DNA of 32,000 nucleotides from Dickeya dadantii NCPPB 898 (GTDB lineage Bacteria; Pseudomonadota; Gammaproteobacteria; Enterobacterales; Enterobacteriaceae): NCBI RefSeq assembly GCF_000406145.1, contig NZ_CM001976.1, positions 2,831,337 to 2,863,336 of the forward strand, read 5' to 3'. Shown piece by piece: positions 16,567 to 24,934 of this stretch (position 1 is its first letter; each line of letters starts with the position of its first letter). The notes under the pieces were generated by a model. It saw only the letters and a program-made list of their open reading frames with translations, ran no database searches and was not told where the DNA came from. The position numbers and the translations under genes were made by a program.

Positions 16567-17476
16567 CGAGTTCACCAGAATCAATAAAATAGCTGCGGCG
16601 GTACACCAACGCCTGGCCTTGATAAAAATAGAGCAAGGTCGCAAGGCCGAGGTTGTGGCCGCCCGTGGAGAAGATCAGGGTTAAGAGGTAGTGGTGGCTG
16701 CCAAAATTAAGGTAGCGGTTATTGTGCGCGAGAGTCGCTAAGGCCGGCGGCAGATCCTTTTCCCCACGCCATCCTGTAGCGGGTCGGCTTTGCAATAACA
16801 GCTCAAGTGACGGCTGTTTATCAGGAGCATGCAGCACCTCAGCCAACAGTGGCAGCGTTTCGTGGGTTATCGCATTGATGTTAATTTTAAATGCGTCAGG
16901 CGTTTCCGACAGTGAAAAAATCGGCCACACGCAGCTGATCCGCTGCAAGAAACTCCTTTCAGCCGCCGGCAGCGGCAGCAGGCTCAACTGGCTGGTATCG
17001 ATAAACTCCGCGCCGTTTAGCCTGGTTTTCAGCACATTCGGCGGCGGAAGAGGCGAAAAACCCTGCTTTGCTAACGCAGCATTAATCCAGTCGCGGGCCA
17101 CATTTTTACCAACGCCGGCGCGGTCGGTTTTCTTCGTCTCAATCAGCAGCCAGTTGAGATTAAAGCAACCCGATAAATCGGCTACCTGGTAGCGGATCGC
17201 CTGACCGCTAGTGTCTTGCGTAGTGCCTGTTGCGGCGACAGCGCCGGTAGCCAACTGGCTATGATGCTGAACCAGCTGCGCGCGCAGGCTTTGCGCTATC
17301 ATCGATTCTGCGCTCAGCAGCGCCCAGCGCTGGTTAATCTGTTGACGATGGTGACGCAACGAGTAATGCAGAAGCAGGCTGCTCTGCATTACTCCCGCCA
17401 GTAAAAGCATGCCGATAAACACCACCAGCATCACCATCAGCAGGATAACGCCTTTTTGGTCATCAGCACGCGTCAT
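16556..17476 (-). CDS. gspK: T2SS minor pseudopilin GspK
   Basis: 306 aa. Prepilin-like N-terminus KGVILLMVMLVVFIGMLLL lacking Glu+5, as is typical for GspK. ATGA overlap with gspJ. Confidence 0.8.
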   Translation of the reverse strand: MTRADDQKGVILLMVMLVVFIGMLLLAGVMQSSLLLHYSLRHHRQQINQRWALLSAESMIAQSLRAQLVQHHSQLATGAVAATGTTQDTSGQAIRYQVADLSGCFNLNWLLIETKKTDRAGVGKNVARDWINAALAKQGFSPLPPPNVLKTRLNGAEFIDTSQLSLLPLPAAERSFLQRISCVWPIFSLSETPDAFKININAITHETLPLLAEVLHAPDKQPSLELLLQSRPATGWRGEKDLPPALATLAHNNRYLNFGSHHYLLTLIFSTGGHNLGLATLLYFYQGQALVYRRSYFIDSGELDVP

Positions 17477-18018
17477 GGCCTGCCCCGCAGCAAAATCAGG
17501 CGCTGATACGTTCCCAGATCACTGAGGGTCACGGTGAGTTCAATTGCACTGGGTGGCAAAGGCTGCCAGCCGGTCGCGTTTTGCCAACTGCCCTGCTGGT
17601 AAAAACGCAGGCTCCACCCCTGCACCCCGGTCAGGATGGCTTGCCAGCGGGGAGCGAGCGACGTTTGCCGGTAGATCACTCCGTCCTGCAGGCGCCACGC
17701 GATCTGCACGGTCGATGTCGGTTGAGAGAGCGGGCGGCTACTGAACGTCAGCGTACTCAGCGTGCTTCCATCCAGCGGCGTGGTAAACAGCAGTACGTTT
17801 CCTCCCACGCGTTTAAACGGAACGAGGTTAGCGAGGTCCTGATGCATCTGCTGCATGCCCGTCAACAGCATCCTGATATGCTGCTGCTGAAGGCGCAAAC
17901 GCAGACTACCGTTATTCAGCCCTCGCAGTATAAAGAGCGAGCTCACCAGCAGTACCGAGGCAACGGCAACTGACAGCAGTACTTCCAGCAGCGTAAATCC
18001 TTTCTGAGCCTGCTTCAT
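17473..18018 (-). CDS. gspJ: T2SS minor pseudopilin GspJ
   Basis: 181 aa. Prepilin motif KG|FTLLEVLLSVAV. ATGA overlap with gspI. Confidence 0.8.
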   Translation of the reverse strand: MKQAQKGFTLLEVLLSVAVASVLLVSSLFILRGLNNGSLRLRLQQQHIRMLLTGMQQMHQDLANLVPFKRVGGNVLLFTTPLDGSTLSTLTFSSRPLSQPTSTVQIAWRLQDGVIYRQTSLAPRWQAILTGVQGWSLRFYQQGSWQNATGWQPLPPSAIELTVTLSDLGTYQRLILLRGRP

Positions 18019-18383
18019 GGCGGCGCAATATTGAGCTGGACCAGCGGCTGCGGCTGCGTGGCGTTAAACACCCTGATCTGCAAGAGCCTGATGCCTGACG
18101 ACTCTGTCTCCTGCGTGTAGCCCAACTCCCAGCGCCAGCGTTGATTACCCATTATGCTGCTGCCCGAAACCGGCTCGCCGCTGGCAGGCAAAGGCGTCAG
18201 ATGGGAGAGAACCAGAAGATTATCCGCGACCCAGCCCGCGATAATCGTCTCCCGGATGTGTACGGTCATCGACATCTCCTGAGAAACAGCACGGAGAATA
18301 GTACTGCCGCACAGCGCCAGAATAAGCGCTGCGATTAATACTTCCAGCAAAATTATCCCTCTGACTTTTTTATTACTGGTCAT
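18015..18383 (-). CDS. gspI: T2SS minor pseudopilin GspI
   Basis: 122 aa. RG|IILLEVLIAALILAL, then ETIIAGWVADN and MGNQRWRWEL, matching GspI signatures (E.T.AGWVA.N, ...RW.W). It starts only 35 nt after gspG, so there is no room for gspH. Confidence 0.8.
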   Translation of the reverse strand: MTSNKKVRGIILLEVLIAALILALCGSTILRAVSQEMSMTVHIRETIIAGWVADNLLVLSHLTPLPASGEPVSGSSIMGNQRWRWELGYTQETESSGIRLLQIRVFNATQPQPLVQLNIAPP

Positions 18384-18418
18384 AAGGCGCCTCTCGCTTT
18401 TTTATTTCAAAACAGCGA

Positions 18419-18835
18419 CTATTTCGTCCAGTTTCCAATATCATCTGCGGTGCCGACTTTTTCATCCGGCCCTGAAGAGTAAATATCTATATCCTTATGT
18501 CGCCCCGGATTAGCATAGTAGTAGGCATGCCCCCAGGGGTCTTTGGGGAGATCGTGTACATAGCCGCCGCTCAGACTTTCGCTGTTTCCTTCTGCCGTCA
18601 GGGCAGACAGCCCCTCGTTTTCTTCCGGGAAACGATTATGGTCGAGGTGATACATCTCTAATGCGTTTTCAATGGCGCTAATATCCGCTTTGGCTTTTTG
18701 AATATTGGCCCGCTGTTTGCTACCCATAATATTGGGAATTACCAGGGTGGCCATCAATCCAATAATTAAAATAACGACCATAACCTCCATCAAGGTAAAA
18801 CCTTGATGGACGCTTTTCGTGCGCCGACGTGACAT
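18419..18835 (-). CDS. gspG: T2SS major pseudopilin GspG
   Basis: 138 aa. QG|FTLMEVMVVILIIGLMA and the C-terminal DPWGHAYYY...SSGPDEKVGTADDIGNW signature. Confidence 0.92.
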   Translation of the reverse strand: MSRRRTKSVHQGFTLMEVMVVILIIGLMATLVIPNIMGSKQRANIQKAKADISAIENALEMYHLDHNRFPEENEGLSALTAEGNSESLSGGYVHDLPKDPWGHAYYYANPGRHKDIDIYSSGPDEKVGTADDIGNWTK

Positions 18836-18854
18836 AAATATTTACTCTCTAGGG

Positions 18855-20066
18855 TTATATTGCATTACTGAGTTGCATAATAGGCTGGAGTATTGACATG
18901 ACAATAAAGAAAATAAAGCTGGAGGTTATGATTAACAAACCATTCTCACTCAGCAGTAATAGCAGGCCAATCTGTCGTTTAAGGCTCTCCTCCTGTACAT
19001 CAGCGATATATTTCAGCATCTGTTCTAGCCTGCCGCTCTGCTCACCGGAGGCAATCATATGTTTTACCATCCCGGAAAAAATATCGTTATTACTGAGCGC
19101 TTCTGTAAGCGACTTGCCTTCATTCACCTTTTGGCTGGCGGCTGCGAGCTGAAAGCGCGCAAAACTGTTGTTAAGCACATTTTCGGCCACGCTCATCGAC
19201 TCCAGCAGCGGGATCGCGCTGGCGATTAAGATCTCCATGGTGCGGATATAGCGTGCGCTGCTTATGTCCCTTAATAGTGGGCCGATGGCGTATAACCTGA
19301 GCAGGTGACGATCCAGCCAGAGTTTACGCGCGGGTACGCGCGCGATCTGGTGCAGGCCGATTGCCAGCGCCACCAGTGCGATCAGCAGCATCCAGCCATA
19401 TTGATTCAGCAAATCGCTCATGGCTAACAGCGTTCGCGTGGTCAGCGGCAACGGGGTATGCATTTGCTGAAGCTGCATTACAACCTGCGGCACCACAGAG
19501 GAGAGTAAGACCGACACCACAATAATGCTCATTACGGCAAGCAGCGCGGGATAAAGCAGCGCCTGAATTAACGTATTTTTGGTTTTCTGGCGCTGATCGA
19601 GATAATCCGCCAGTCTGATCAGCACCAGCGCTAAGCAGCCTGTCGCTTCCCCGGCGGCAACCATCGCGCAGTATAAGCGGTTAAAGCTGTACGGCAGGGT
19701 TTGCAGCGCCTGGGCGAAACTCACGCCTGCTATCAGTTGTTCCCGCACGGCGTTGAGCACGCCCCCCACGGCTTGCTTATCCGCCTGACTCGCCAACGTC
19801 GTTAGCGCTTCCTCCAGCGGAATACCCGCCTCAAGCAGGGAAGCAAGCTGGCGGGTTAATAACGCCAGATCGAGGGTGGATAACCTTTCGTGGCGGCTCA
19901 AGAAAAGCAGCCACTGCTGCAACAGGCTGGTGCGGCAACTGACCATAATTAACTGCCGGGCGAATAACTGCTCCCGCAGCGACTCTTTTGAAAAGGCACG
20001 GCGGCGGCCGGTAACCAGCTCCCCCTCGGTATTGACTGCGGTATAGCGAAAATTACGTATCGTCAT
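18855..20066 (-). CDS. gspF: T2SS inner-membrane platform protein GspF
   Basis: 403 aa from ATG 20066 (MTIRNFRYTAVNTEGELVTG), preceded by AGGTGA and overlapping the gspE stop by 14 nt. It has two GspF repeats and 3 TM segments. Confidence 0.9.
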   Translation of the reverse strand: MTIRNFRYTAVNTEGELVTGRRRAFSKESLREQLFARQLIMVSCRTSLLQQWLLFLSRHERLSTLDLALLTRQLASLLEAGIPLEEALTTLASQADKQAVGGVLNAVREQLIAGVSFAQALQTLPYSFNRLYCAMVAAGEATGCLALVLIRLADYLDQRQKTKNTLIQALLYPALLAVMSIIVVSVLLSSVVPQVVMQLQQMHTPLPLTTRTLLAMSDLLNQYGWMLLIALVALAIGLHQIARVPARKLWLDRHLLRLYAIGPLLRDISSARYIRTMEILIASAIPLLESMSVAENVLNNSFARFQLAAASQKVNEGKSLTEALSNNDIFSGMVKHMIASGEQSGRLEQMLKYIADVQEESLKRQIGLLLLLSENGLLIITSSFIFFIVMSILQPIMQLSNAI

Positions 20067-21531
20067 AAAGCTCACCTGTGACTCGGATGACCTCATCAAT
20101 AGAGGTTAAACCAGCCAGAACTTTATTAATTCCATCCTGGCTGAGTGAAACCTCGCTTCCGGCCAGCGCCGCCAGCTCACTCTCATTTTTTTGCTGATAG
20201 ATTCCCTCACGCATCGGTTCATTAATGACCACCAGCGCCTGAATCAGCGTACGCCCACGGTAGCCGGTATTAAAACAGGCCGGACAGCCCTGCGCCTGAT
20301 ATCCCGTCATGCCCTCCTGCCAGGGCACGCTGAGCATCTGGCATTCCGCCGCCGTGATGGCTACGGGCTGGCGGCAGTGGGGACACAGGCTTCTTACCAG
20401 CCGCTGTGCCATGACAGCGTTCAGCGCGCTGGCCAGCATAAAAGGCTCTATGCCCATGTCCTGCAAGCGGGTAAGCGCGCTGAGAGCGGTGTTGGTATGC
20501 AGGGTTGACAGCACCAGATGGCCGGTCATCGACGCCTGTACCGCTATCTGCGCCGTCTCCTGATCGCGAATTTCACCGATGAGAATCACGTCAGGGTCCT
20601 GGCGCAAAATAGCCCGCAATCCTTTGGCAAAGGTCATACCAATTTTGCTGTTAACCTGAGTCTGCGAGATATTGGCGATGTCATATTCAACCGGGTCCTC
20701 GATAGTCATGATATTCAGCTTTTCTTGATCGAGTTCGTTGATCATTGCATACAGCGTTGAGCTTTTACCTGACCCCGTCGGCCCCGTGACCAGAATGATG
20801 CCATTCGGCCGATTCACTAACGAAGCCACCTTTTTTTTCACCGTTTCAGGCATGCCGAGCTGACGTAAATCCAGTTTAACGGCGTTTTTATCCAGCAAAC
20901 GCAGCACGATTCGTTCCCCATAGCTGGAAGGTAACACCGACACCCTGACATCCACGGCCCGGCCCAGTATGCGTAAGCTCATGCGCCCGTCCTGCGGTTT
21001 GCGCTTTTCTGCAATATCCAGACGGGACATAATTTTTAATCGTGAAACCAGCAACGAAGAGAGGCGCCGCTCCGGCTCAAGCTTTTTGTGCAATACGCCA
21101 TCGAGGCGAAAACGGATGGCGACCCGCTGCTCAAACGTTTCAATATGGACATCGGAGGCGCGCTCCTTCAGCGCCTGCGCAAGAATGGCGTTAATCAGCT
21201 TAACGATAGGCGGATTATCTTCGTTATTGAGAATCTCTTCGTACACCGGCAGTGCGTCGGCTAACTGATACATATCCAGATCCTCACTCAGCCCGGCCAT
21301 GACCTCGCTCGCCCGCTGATCGCTATTCTGAAACGTGCTGGCGATGCGCTCAGCAAAGGCATCCTCATCTATGGCACTGAGTAACGCGCCCGGCGGGCAA
21401 TAGCGCAACGCGCTCATAATCGCCTGCGGATGCGCATCGCTGCGGTAATAAATCCACCAGGCATCATCCTGCTTCTCAATTAAAATGCCCTGGCTTTTCG
21501 CCCACTCCAGGCTGGAGATGTTTGGATGCAT
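20053..21531 (-). CDS. gspE: T2SS assembly ATPase GspE
   Basis: 492 aa. Walker A GPTGSGKS, Asp/His boxes, and the tetracysteine Zn motif CPHC...CPAC. The start overlaps the gspD stop (TAATG). Confidence 0.95.
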   Translation of the reverse strand: MHPNISSLEWAKSQGILIEKQDDAWWIYYRSDAHPQAIMSALRYCPPGALLSAIDEDAFAERIASTFQNSDQRASEVMAGLSEDLDMYQLADALPVYEEILNNEDNPPIVKLINAILAQALKERASDVHIETFEQRVAIRFRLDGVLHKKLEPERRLSSLLVSRLKIMSRLDIAEKRKPQDGRMSLRILGRAVDVRVSVLPSSYGERIVLRLLDKNAVKLDLRQLGMPETVKKKVASLVNRPNGIILVTGPTGSGKSSTLYAMINELDQEKLNIMTIEDPVEYDIANISQTQVNSKIGMTFAKGLRAILRQDPDVILIGEIRDQETAQIAVQASMTGHLVLSTLHTNTALSALTRLQDMGIEPFMLASALNAVMAQRLVRSLCPHCRQPVAITAAECQMLSVPWQEGMTGYQAQGCPACFNTGYRGRTLIQALVVINEPMREGIYQQKNESELAALAGSEVSLSQDGINKVLAGLTSIDEVIRVTGELYDDT

Positions 21532-23615
21532 TAGCGCAGGCTCACCGTGAATTTCTGAATACCGTTCAGAATGGCGTTCACTCCGGCGTTCGGGCTCTTA
21601 ATCGCGTGCGGCGCAGAGAAATTCCGCCCTGCCTCATCGGCCGCAGAGGAAGACGCGCCTCGCCTCGCCTGCGCGGCTTCGACGCCATCGCTACGAATAA
21701 TACGCGGGCGGATAAACAGCATCAGATTGCGCTTGTCATCATTATGTGAGGTATACCTGAATACGTGGCCCAACCAAGGAATATCGCCCAGCAGGGGAAC
21801 CTTGTTAACGGTCTCTTTTTTCTCATCATCCAGTAACCCGCCAATCACAACGGTTTCGTTATCCTGGACCTGCACCACGTTATTCACCGTACGAATATTA
21901 AATATCGCACCGAGATTATTATTCGCCTGCGCGGTATCGGACAGGCTGGAAATTTCCTGCGAAATATTTAAGAGGATGGTTCCGCTCTGATTTATGCGGG
22001 GCAGAATACTGAATTTAATCCCAATGGTGCGCCGTTGGACGGTATTGAAAATATTATCGTTATTGGTGGTTTGCGAACCGGTTAAAATAGGTACATCCTG
22101 GCCGACGTTAAATTCTGCCCGGTGATTATCCAGGGTGACTACGCTGGGCGTTGCGATAATATTATTACTCTTGCTACTTTCAAGCGCGTTAAACAGTGTT
22201 CCCCAATTGCCATGATAGAAACCGGCAACCAGTCCCTCTGTACCTTTTAACGCATTCACCAACGGATTATCCTGGCTGAACCCATTCCCGACATTAATGC
22301 TATTGAAATTGCTGCCGCCATAGTTCTTATTTCCCCAAGCGATGCCGAGATTCAGGCCTTCGGCTTTCTGCACTTCCACCACAATCGCTTCAACCAACAC
22401 CTGCTCATGCCGGACATCAAGCTGCTGTATAATCGATGCCACCTGCCGCATGGCGGCAGGTGGCGCGCTGACGACCAGAGCATTGTTATCGCGATCGGCA
22501 TGGACACGGGTTTGCCTCACCAGCGTATCGCCGTCGCCGAACATACTGTTGGGGTCATTCGAAAAATCCGCGCCAGGCGCTGCGCCGCCGCTGGCGGCCT
22601 GACCGTCCAGGTTTGCGGGCTGCCCAGGGGCCATGCTGCCCTGCGACTGTTGCGCCAGCAGCGTTTCCATCGACATGGCGCTAGCGCCCGTGATCGGCAG
22701 CGAGCCCGGTTCAGGGCTTCCCGACTGGTTATTGCTGAACAGTTTCGCCATCTGTACCGCATCCGCATATTTTAGAAAAAACACGCGCGATTGCTGACCA
22801 GGCACGTCCATAGCTGAAATTAACCGACCGATCTCCGCTTTCACGTGCACGCCGCCTTTTACCACAATGGTCCTTGTCGCATCGTTGCCATAAATTAAAG
22901 GCGCATTTTTATCTTCCGGGGTGAAGTTTCTGAAGGTATTCTGCAAAGCTTTAGCAATATCCGACGCTTTTGCCTGGTTCACGCTAAATACCGCTGGGCT
23001 GTTATCTGCCCTGGCATTGTCAATCTGATTCACAATATCTATCAACCGTTCAACCACATCCTCGCGCCCGGTGAAAATAAACAAATTCCCTGACGAGTAA
23101 TATTTCAGTTTCACCGCGCTATTTTCTGAAATTGCACCTAGGATGGGTTCCAGTTCGGCACCGGACAGTGCGTTCATTTTTGCCAGGCGCACTACAATAT
23201 TTTTTCCTCGCCCCTTTCTGCCCTCCGCCCAGGTGGCCCGCAAGGATTGCGCTAGGGGGACGACATTCAGGGTATGATTGTCGATTTTAACTACGCTGTA
23301 ACCATAGGCCTCCATTACGTTCAGAAAAAAATCAACGTATTGATTTTCATCCAGGTCATCATAACTACGTACAGAAATCTGCCCCGTAATTGATGGATCA
23401 ATAATAATATTTTTCTTTAAAATTTGCGCTGCAGTCGCAACAAATTCTTTTATTTCCACTTCGCGAAATGATGCTGAATATTTCTTTGATTCTTTCTCAT
23501 CTTTTTTGGTAGCCAAAGAATGAACATCATCAGTCGTAGTTTCCTTCTCAGCACAAACACCTTGCGATATTATGAAAATTAAAAAAAGTGCGTTTACTCT
23601 AAAAATGTTATTCAT
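21531..23615 (-). CDS. gspD: T2SS outer-membrane secretin GspD
   Basis: 694 aa. Signal peptide ending in VCA|E, N0-N3 domains, and the secretin core (VLVEAIVVEV, VPLLGDIPWLG.VF, LMLFIRPRII). It has a ~70-aa low-complexity loop before N3 and a ~45-aa C-terminal tail that could be an S-domain. Confidence 0.95.
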   Translation of the reverse strand: MNNIFRVNALFLIFIISQGVCAEKETTTDDVHSLATKKDEKESKKYSASFREVEIKEFVATAAQILKKNIIIDPSITGQISVRSYDDLDENQYVDFFLNVMEAYGYSVVKIDNHTLNVVPLAQSLRATWAEGRKGRGKNIVVRLAKMNALSGAELEPILGAISENSAVKLKYYSSGNLFIFTGREDVVERLIDIVNQIDNARADNSPAVFSVNQAKASDIAKALQNTFRNFTPEDKNAPLIYGNDATRTIVVKGGVHVKAEIGRLISAMDVPGQQSRVFFLKYADAVQMAKLFSNNQSGSPEPGSLPITGASAMSMETLLAQQSQGSMAPGQPANLDGQAASGGAAPGADFSNDPNSMFGDGDTLVRQTRVHADRDNNALVVSAPPAAMRQVASIIQQLDVRHEQVLVEAIVVEVQKAEGLNLGIAWGNKNYGGSNFNSINVGNGFSQDNPLVNALKGTEGLVAGFYHGNWGTLFNALESSKSNNIIATPSVVTLDNHRAEFNVGQDVPILTGSQTTNNDNIFNTVQRRTIGIKFSILPRINQSGTILLNISQEISSLSDTAQANNNLGAIFNIRTVNNVVQVQDNETVVIGGLLDDEKKETVNKVPLLGDIPWLGHVFRYTSHNDDKRNLMLFIRPRIIRSDGVEAAQARRGASSSAADEAGRNFSAPHAIKSPNAGVNAILNGIQKFTVSLR

Positions 23616-23630
23616 TATTAAACCCTGATC

Positions 23631-24119
23631 TTAATCATTTTTAAAATGTAACGACCGATAATATCCATTACTATCAATGATAATTTCATCTGTCAAAATC
23701 AGAAGGATCTTTTCATTGCCGGGTGACAACACATCCCCTGCACGGTAGGTCTGCTGTATATTATTGCTTGCAACCGTTATCCTTGCGGCATTGGCGTCAA
23801 CCGAATAAACGATCCCCGTGAGCCTAACCGGCGATTCAGACTCCGGTGCATGCTGTATAATGTACTCTGATAAGGGATGGTCATAAATTCTAAATGGATT
23901 GTCACCATCCGATTCGACGACATGCGATTCACCAAAGAGATGTCTTTCTGTTACCGCCTTTTTTTGTTGTGCAGTATAAAAATAGTGGCTGATATAAAAT
24001 ATGCCGCCCGGTGCGGGCCAATCATCTTGTTGCTCGATTAGCCAAGCGACAAACGCCAAAAAACTCAGCCATGAGATTCCGCTTATTACTTTTTTCATCG
24101 TGAAATTAATATTTTTCAT
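23631..24119 (-). CDS. gspC: Short T2SS GspC (TM + HR domain only; no PDZ or coiled-coil domain)
   Basis: 162 aa. N-terminal TM segment ISWLSFLAFVAWLI and an HR-like segment LTGIVYSVDANAARITVASNNIQQTYRAGDVLSPGNEKILLILTDEIIIDSNGYY. It is first in the operon, directly before gspD. The start codon is uncertain (see the finding on the leader). Confidence 0.7.
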   Translation of the reverse strand: MKNINFTMKKVISGISWLSFLAFVAWLIEQQDDWPAPGGIFYISHYFYTAQQKKAVTERHLFGESHVVESDGDNPFRIYDHPLSEYIIQHAPESESPVRLTGIVYSVDANAARITVASNNIQQTYRAGDVLSPGNEKILLILTDEIIIDSNGYYRSLHFKND

Positions 24120-24185
24120 GGTGCATACTGATTTATCTCCTTAATGAAAAAGGCCCAGTACTGCCGCTGTCAGGTCTGCGGCCGG

Positions 24186-24219
24186 CACGTTCAACTCGAG
24201 TACACGTTCAACTCGAGTA
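24186..24219. repeat. Perfect 17-bp tandem duplication in the gspC leader
   Basis: cacgttcaactcgagta occurs twice, at 24186-24202 and 24203-24219. Confidence 0.95.
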
Positions 24220-24246
24220 AGAGTGCCCCCGGATGAATATGAGCAT

Positions 24247-24261
24247 GACCTGTTACAGGTC
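24247..24261. promoter_or_regulatory. Perfect 15-bp palindrome (candidate operator) upstream of gspC
   Basis: GACCTGT-T-ACAGGTC, about 130 nt upstream of the gspC ATG and just downstream of where homology with the cassette promoters ends. Confidence 0.35.
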
Positions 24262-24294
24262 GAATCATCCTATTGAATAGGCAACCGAAAATTT

Positions 24295-24375
24295 TCATTT
24301 TTTGAACAGGCATATTTCCGTATATTCAAACAGAAAAGTCGCCAGCGTTATTGTTAAATTTGTCTTTATCTTCAC
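24295..24375 (-). pseudogene. Degenerate 5' remnant of the pilotin gene (26 codons) heading the T2SS operon
   Basis: The reverse strand reads gaagagaaaaatc GTG AAG ATA AAG ACA AAT TTA ACA, giving MKIKTNLTITLATFLFEYTEICLFKK then a stop. The intact gene reads MKIKTNLTVALALLLSGCTAKTSIQKKY. The SD and start are conserved but the lipobox is lost. Confidence 0.7.
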
Positions 24376-24806
24376 GATTTTTCTCTTCATTTCATTTTTT
24401 GAGATTTCTTTATCAGAATCATCTGTTGTGTAAAACAAAAACATAATTTTACTGAAGACATAGAATTTCACTGGAAAAAATAGAATTACACTACGTTTAT
24501 TGTTGATACTAGTAATACCTCACTAACTAAAAACGCTAAATTTTTCAAATTCACGGTTCAAACATTAAATTCATAAATAGGTTACACCTTTTCATGCTGA
24601 GTTTCATTCACGAATCATTGCACGTTAACCTACACATTTAACAGTGCTACCGCCCTTGGGATGTTTAACCCAAAAATGTATTTATTAAATCTTTTTGTCG
24701 AATTTCCTCTGAAATAAACTTACACTTGCTGACCTTGATTTACATGAGATTCGTCTTAATAAAATTTATGCTTTTGTTGCAGGTTTAATCGACACCGTTG
24801 CAAATA
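24376..24806 (-). repeat. Shared AT-rich 5' regulatory region, copy R3 (in front of the T2SS operon)
   Basis: Its reverse complement aligns over about 430 nt with R1 (9318-9637) and R2 (12090-12470). It is roughly 30% G+C by eye and probably carries the promoter(s). Confidence 0.8.
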
Positions 24807-24934
24807 ACAGTACAGACAAATTCACAATTTAGATCACGATGAAATATATAGAAATAGTGGTTAACCAAGCTCATGAATAACACCGCTGGTCATTGATCTC
24901 TCCCTTAACTCTTCTCTTTGTTCAGTACCGGCAA

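Noticed and set aside
15388-16644. Upstream-extended starts from the ORF track for gspL (16644), gspF (20099), bglH (27905), the esterase (26235) and bglB (29378).
   Set aside because: The internal starts give canonical N-termini or signal peptides, sit behind SD sequences and produce the short overlaps typical of coupled operons. The extensions overlap the preceding gene or lack signal-peptide logic.
24120-24185. Possible terminator or attenuator hairpin (ccggccgcagacctgacagcggcagtactgggcc followed by ttttt on the reverse strand) just upstream of the gspC SD.
   Set aside because: Only a short GGCC/GGCC stem with a long, poorly paired loop can be drawn. That is not convincing without folding energetics.
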